Notes under the pieces: generated by a model
What the model was told of the DNA's origin: nothing
Database searches by the model: none
The model's input: the letters and a program-made list of their open reading frames with translations, nothing else
Position numbers and translations under genes: made by a program
From: Chiloscyllium plagiosum
Taxonomy: Eukaryota
DNA: 24,837 nt
Direction of reading: 5' to 3'
Assembly: GCF_004010195.1 (NCBI RefSeq)
Contig: NC_057719.1
Location: forward strand, 72,255,335-72,280,171
Shown: positions 21,109 through 24,837 of the stretch, in pieces
Position numbering within the stretch: position 1 is the stretch's first letter
Layout of the letters: every line of letters begins with the position of its first letter

Positions 21109-22332
21109 ATCCCTTTGAGAATGACTGCAAGTTGCTGACTACTTTGTAATGCTGTCATTAGCTTCATAGAAACAGGATCTTGCTCTTAACCTCCTGCTGA
21201 TTTTCATCAGACTGATGATTTGTCAACGATTGCCCATTAAACTTATAAAAAGCTTTGAGTGCTGAGATAGTTACCCAACCTCTTGCCCAGAAGCTCTGGT
21301 TCCAAAACCCATCTACCACAGAGGTTGATTAAAAATAATTAGAAAGGTGTCTAGCAACTATAGTGTACCATTTTAACAATTGTATAACTATTAGTGCCTG
21401 ACAGTCACTTTCTCTTCATCAGAAAATATGCAGTTGTGAAGGTGGAGATCTTGTAGCATCTGGGGAGAGGGAAACAGATTTAAATTTCCAAGATCATTGA
21501 CGTTTCTTTTTCTTTCTGTTCCTTTTCATCTTTCTTTTGATGCAAACTTTCTTTTTCTCTCCTTCTGTTCCTGATTCCGATATTAAATGCACCAATGTTT
21601 ACCTATAATCCTTGTAGATTTTTATTCTTCTAACTGTTTAAAAACAAATCCTGCTGTTCACCACTGTCCCATATGTCCTGTTGACTTTGCTAAACAATTT
21701 GCATTAATAAGTTTTTAAAAATGTTATTCCTATAAACAGCCTAACTAACTGGATTACCTGGGCCTTTACTTTCTCAAATGTGTGCATATTCAGTATAAAC
21801 TGTACTTACCAGCAGATGGAGCAACAATGCTACAAAGATTTTTTTTCTCTGCATAAGTGTGGCAATTTTATTTGGCTGTAAGGTAACTCTTGGTAGCAGT
21901 GTCACTTACTGTTGTATACAGTACATTTTTGAATGATAATAATTATCTTGATCTCTACTTGAGAAATGCTTTAATAAACATTGTCTTTAAAGTGGATAGT
22001 TGAGATGATTAGCATCAGGTTTAAAACTGCTAGCTGTCAAATCTGGGCTTAAATTGTAGGCACATATTATCACCACCTGCAGATGCCTCGAAAATGTGAA
22101 GTATAGCTAACTGTAAACATGACTGCAAGCACAAGAAAAATAAGCTCATGAACCAATTCATATTTTGTAACTTTAGACTTAAGAAATGACACAAATTTTG
22201 ATTGCCATTCTTGTCTTTTCCTACATTTTGTGCATTCTGCTTGTGATGTCCCAAATTAGGAATCCAGTGTATTCGAAGTTTCACTTGATTTCAGCAACAA
22301 CTTGAACAAGATAATGTCTCCAATTGAGATGG

Positions 22333-22660
22333 AAGTAGAAATTACTGTAAATACTTAGCAGGTCAGACAACATCTATTTAGAAATAAAAAGTTTAAAAGT
22401 TAAAATGTCAAAAATGGCTTAATCAGAACTGAATTAGTGTAGAAATGCGATGAGTTATGTATCATCAAAAGTAGGGGAAGAATAGAAGGAACTCTAGGAT
22501 AAACTAGAAATCAGAAGCAATTAAATGACAAAGGAATCATGGATCAGAAGGCATATGAAGTGTTAATGGTTGTAGTTAAGAAGCAAAAGCATTTGTTCAG
22601 AGTTAGTCACGATGATTAGCAGCTTTTACTGAAAAGCAAATACAGAAATAAAACAGATTC
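22333..22660 (-). mobile_element. Highly degenerate PLE-type terminal region
   Basis: agaaattactgtaaatacttagcaggtcagacaacatct resembles 4876-4915; followed by a purine-rich stretch (antisense of a pyrimidine-rich tail). Confidence 0.45.
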
Positions 22661-22667
22661 AAGCTAA

Positions 22668-23090
22668 CAGATGCCTTTTAAATGCTATATTGTACCTACC
22701 TCTACCATTTCCTCTGGCAGCTCATTCCATACATGCACCAGCCTCTGTGTGAAAAGGTTGCCCCTCTGATCCCTTTGAAATCTCGCCACTCTCGCCTTAA
22801 CCTATGCCCTCTAGTTTTGTATTCCCTTGGAAAAAGACCTTGGCTATTCACCTTATCTATGCCCTTCATGATTTTATAAACCACTGTAAAGTCTCCCCTC
22901 AGCCTTCGTAATCCAGGGAAAAAAAACCCCAACCTATCCACTCTCTCCTACTTCAAACTATCCAGCCCCAGGAAAATCCTTGTAAATTTTTTTCCACACC
23001 CTTTCTAATTCAACAATTTCCTTCGATAGCAGGCTGACCAGAATCATATGCAGTATTTGAAAAAGTGGACTCATCGATGTCTTGTACAGC
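22668..23090 (-). mobile_element. CR1 LINE 3' fragment
   Basis: ORF 22702-22941 RRLRGDFTVVYKIMKGIDKVNSQGLFP...TRGHRL; homologous to 16825-17240. Confidence 0.9.
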
Positions 23091-23740
23091 GTGTTTTGAG
23101 AAGATTTGTAGCTCAGGTTGAGGTTCTGGATGTAAGTTTGCTCGCTGAGTTGGAAGGTTCATTTCTAGACAATTCGTCACCTTACTAGATAACATCTTCA
23201 GTGGGCTTCCAGGCGAAGCACTGCTGATAATAATTCCTGCGTTCTGTTTATATATTTGGGTTGGTGATGTTATTTGCTGTGGTGATGTCATTTCTTGTTC
23301 TTTTATCGGGGTGGTAGATGGGGTCTAACTCAATGTGTTTGTTGGTAGAGTTTCAGCTGAAATGCCATGCTTCTAGGAATTCTCGTGCATGTCTCTATGT
23401 GGTTAGTTGATGTTCATGTACCCTGATGGCTAGTTGTCCAATGTAGTGTTTGTTACAGTTCTTGCACAGTATTTTGTAAATGACATTAGTTTTGCTTGTT
23501 GTCTGTATAGGGTCTTTCAAGTTCATTAGCTGCTGTTTTAGTGTGTTGGTGGGTTTGTGGGCTACCATGATGCCAAGGGGTCTGAGAAGTCTGGCAGTCA
23601 TTTCCGAGATGTTTTTGATATAGGGGAGAGTGGCTAGGGTTTCTGGATGTGTTTTGTCTGCTTGTTTGCGTTTGTTGCTGAGAAATCGGTGGACTGTGTT
23701 CATTGGGTACCCATTCTTTTTGAATACACAATATAGGTTT
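23091..23740 (-). mobile_element. Penelope-like element 3' part (RT thumb/linker, GIY-YIG with deletions, pseudo-LTR)
   Basis: FKKNGYPMNTV...TLPYIKNISEMTARLLRPLGIMVAHKPTNTL...NVIYKILCKNCNKHYIGQ; decayed hammerhead at ~23165-23204 (CTGAAGA...GAAT-TGTC). Confidence 0.92.
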
Positions 23741-24219
23741 TTGCAAGGTTTGTGAAGGTTTGTAGCTCTCGTTGAGGTTTAGGGTGTAGGTTTGCTCGCT
23801 GACCTGTAGGTTTGATGTCCAGACGTTTCATTACCTGGCTAGGTAACATCATCAGTGGCAACCTCCAAGTGAAGCGAAGCTGTATATCTTTCTCATGGAT
23901 GGATTTCCTGGGGTTTGTGGTGATGTCATTTCCTGTTCGTTTTCTGAGGGGTTGATAGATGGCATCTAGATCTATGTGTTTGTTTATGGCGTTGTGGTTG
24001 GAGTGCCAGGCCTCTAGGAATTCTCTGGCATGTCTTTGCTTAGCCTGTCCCAGGAAAGATGTGTTGTCCCAGTCGAAATGGTGGTTTTTTTCATCCGTGT
24101 GTAGGGTTATGAGGGAGAGAGGGTCGTGTCTTTTTGTGGCTAGCTGGTGGTCATGTATCCTGGTGGCTAACCTTCTTCCTGTTTGTCCTACGTAGTGTTT
24201 GTGGCAGTCCTTGCATGGA
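23741..24219 (-). mobile_element. Penelope-like element inverted 3' segment (GIY-YIG C-terminal half plus pseudo-LTR)
   Basis: PCKDCHKHYVGQTGRRLATRIHDHQLATKRHDPLS...FDWDNTSFLGQAKQRHAREFLEAWHS (ORF 23700-24266). Confidence 0.93.
23819..23858 (-). ncRNA. Minimal hammerhead ribozyme motif (best-preserved copy)
   Basis: - strand reads cca-CTGATGA-t-gttacct-agcc-aggtaat-GAAA-CGTC-tgg: stem I cca/tgg, 7-bp stem II (one G-U), ACGT palindrome, GUC triplet. Confidence 0.75.
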
Positions 24220-24837
24220 CAGAATAAGACAGAATTCCAGAAAATGAAACCCGACGGGACCAACACCCCACGATTCTACGGACTACCAAAAATCCATAAA
24301 CCAGGAGCCCCCCTCAGACCTATAGTCTCGCTACCCGGAACACCAACTTACAGACTGGCCAAAGAACTACACGCAAGACTGAAATACCTAGTAGAAGAGT
24401 CACAGCACTCCATCCAGGAATTCCTAAAAATCATCAAAAACACCAAAATAGAGGAAGACAAAGCAATGATCTCATTCGATGTAACAGCACTGTACACCTC
24501 CATCAACATCGACCTGGCAAAGGAAACACTTACCACACTTTTAGAAGAGACCATCACACACACACCAACCACCATCAATCACATTACCAACGAAAACATC
24601 ATGAAGCTAGTGGACCTGTGCCTCACCACGCACTTTACTTTCAACAACATAGTCTACAAACAAACCAACGGCACACCCATGGGATCTCCGCTATCAGGAT
24701 TCATAGCAGAAGCAGTAATGCAGAGACTAGAACAAACAGCCCTACCAACCATCAAACCAAAAATTTGGGTCCGTTACGTAGATGACACCGTTGTCATCAC
24801 AAAACGAAACAAGATAGAAGAGACATTTAACATCATC
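24217..24837 (+). CDS. Penelope-like element reverse transcriptase (5'-truncated, open to window end)
   Basis: Stop-free frame: PRFYGLPKIHKPGAPLRPIVS...MISFDVTALYTSI...FTFNNIVYKQTNGTPMGSPLSGFIAEAVM...WVRYVDDTVVI; typical PLE RT motifs with catalytic YVDD. Confidence 0.92.

Noticed and set aside
23700..24266. 188-aa ORF as an intact nuclease gene
   Set aside because: Chimeric: its N-terminus is antisense RT across the inversion junction, the GIY half of the motif is missing, and the C-terminus reads through the pseudo-LTR.
20772..24837. Next SCFD1 exon (expected to begin near DFHLNRV)
   Set aside because: No matching frame with splice sites was found; it presumably lies beyond the window.
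1..24837. CRISPR array or prokaryotic RT-nuclease defence system
   Set aside because: No repeat-spacer array or operon structure; spliceosomal introns and LINE/PLE context explain the RT and GIY-YIG fragments.

Overview
This is eukaryotic (vertebrate) genomic DNA, most likely from a shark or other cartilaginous fish; that assignment is inferred from the repeat repertoire. The + strand carries eight consecutive internal coding exons of SCFD1 (Sly1, Sec1/Munc18 family): 882-970, 2197-2287, 2446-2568, 12485-12572, 15058-15147, 15724-15779, 19228-19313 and 20672-20771. All are AG/GT bounded and splice in frame to 723 nt (241 codons). The introns are filled with CR1 and L2 LINE fragments, tRNA-derived SINEs and many Penelope-like element (PLE) pieces. 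Four observations stand out. (1) Minimal hammerhead-ribozyme motifs occur in several distinct PLE families, with covarying stems, a palindromic stem III and an extra nucleotide after CUGANGA; three well-preserved copies lie on the SCFD1 sense strand. (2) PLE-derived foldback insertions recur, one flanked by a clean 13-bp direct repeat. (3) An inverted pair of same-family CR1 copies brackets a 234-nt, phase-0, stop-free three-exon block, making it a circRNA candidate. (4) An uninterrupted PLE reverse-transcriptase frame runs off the window end and is absent from the ORF track. Repeat boundaries are approximate and family names come from pattern recognition, not database searches.
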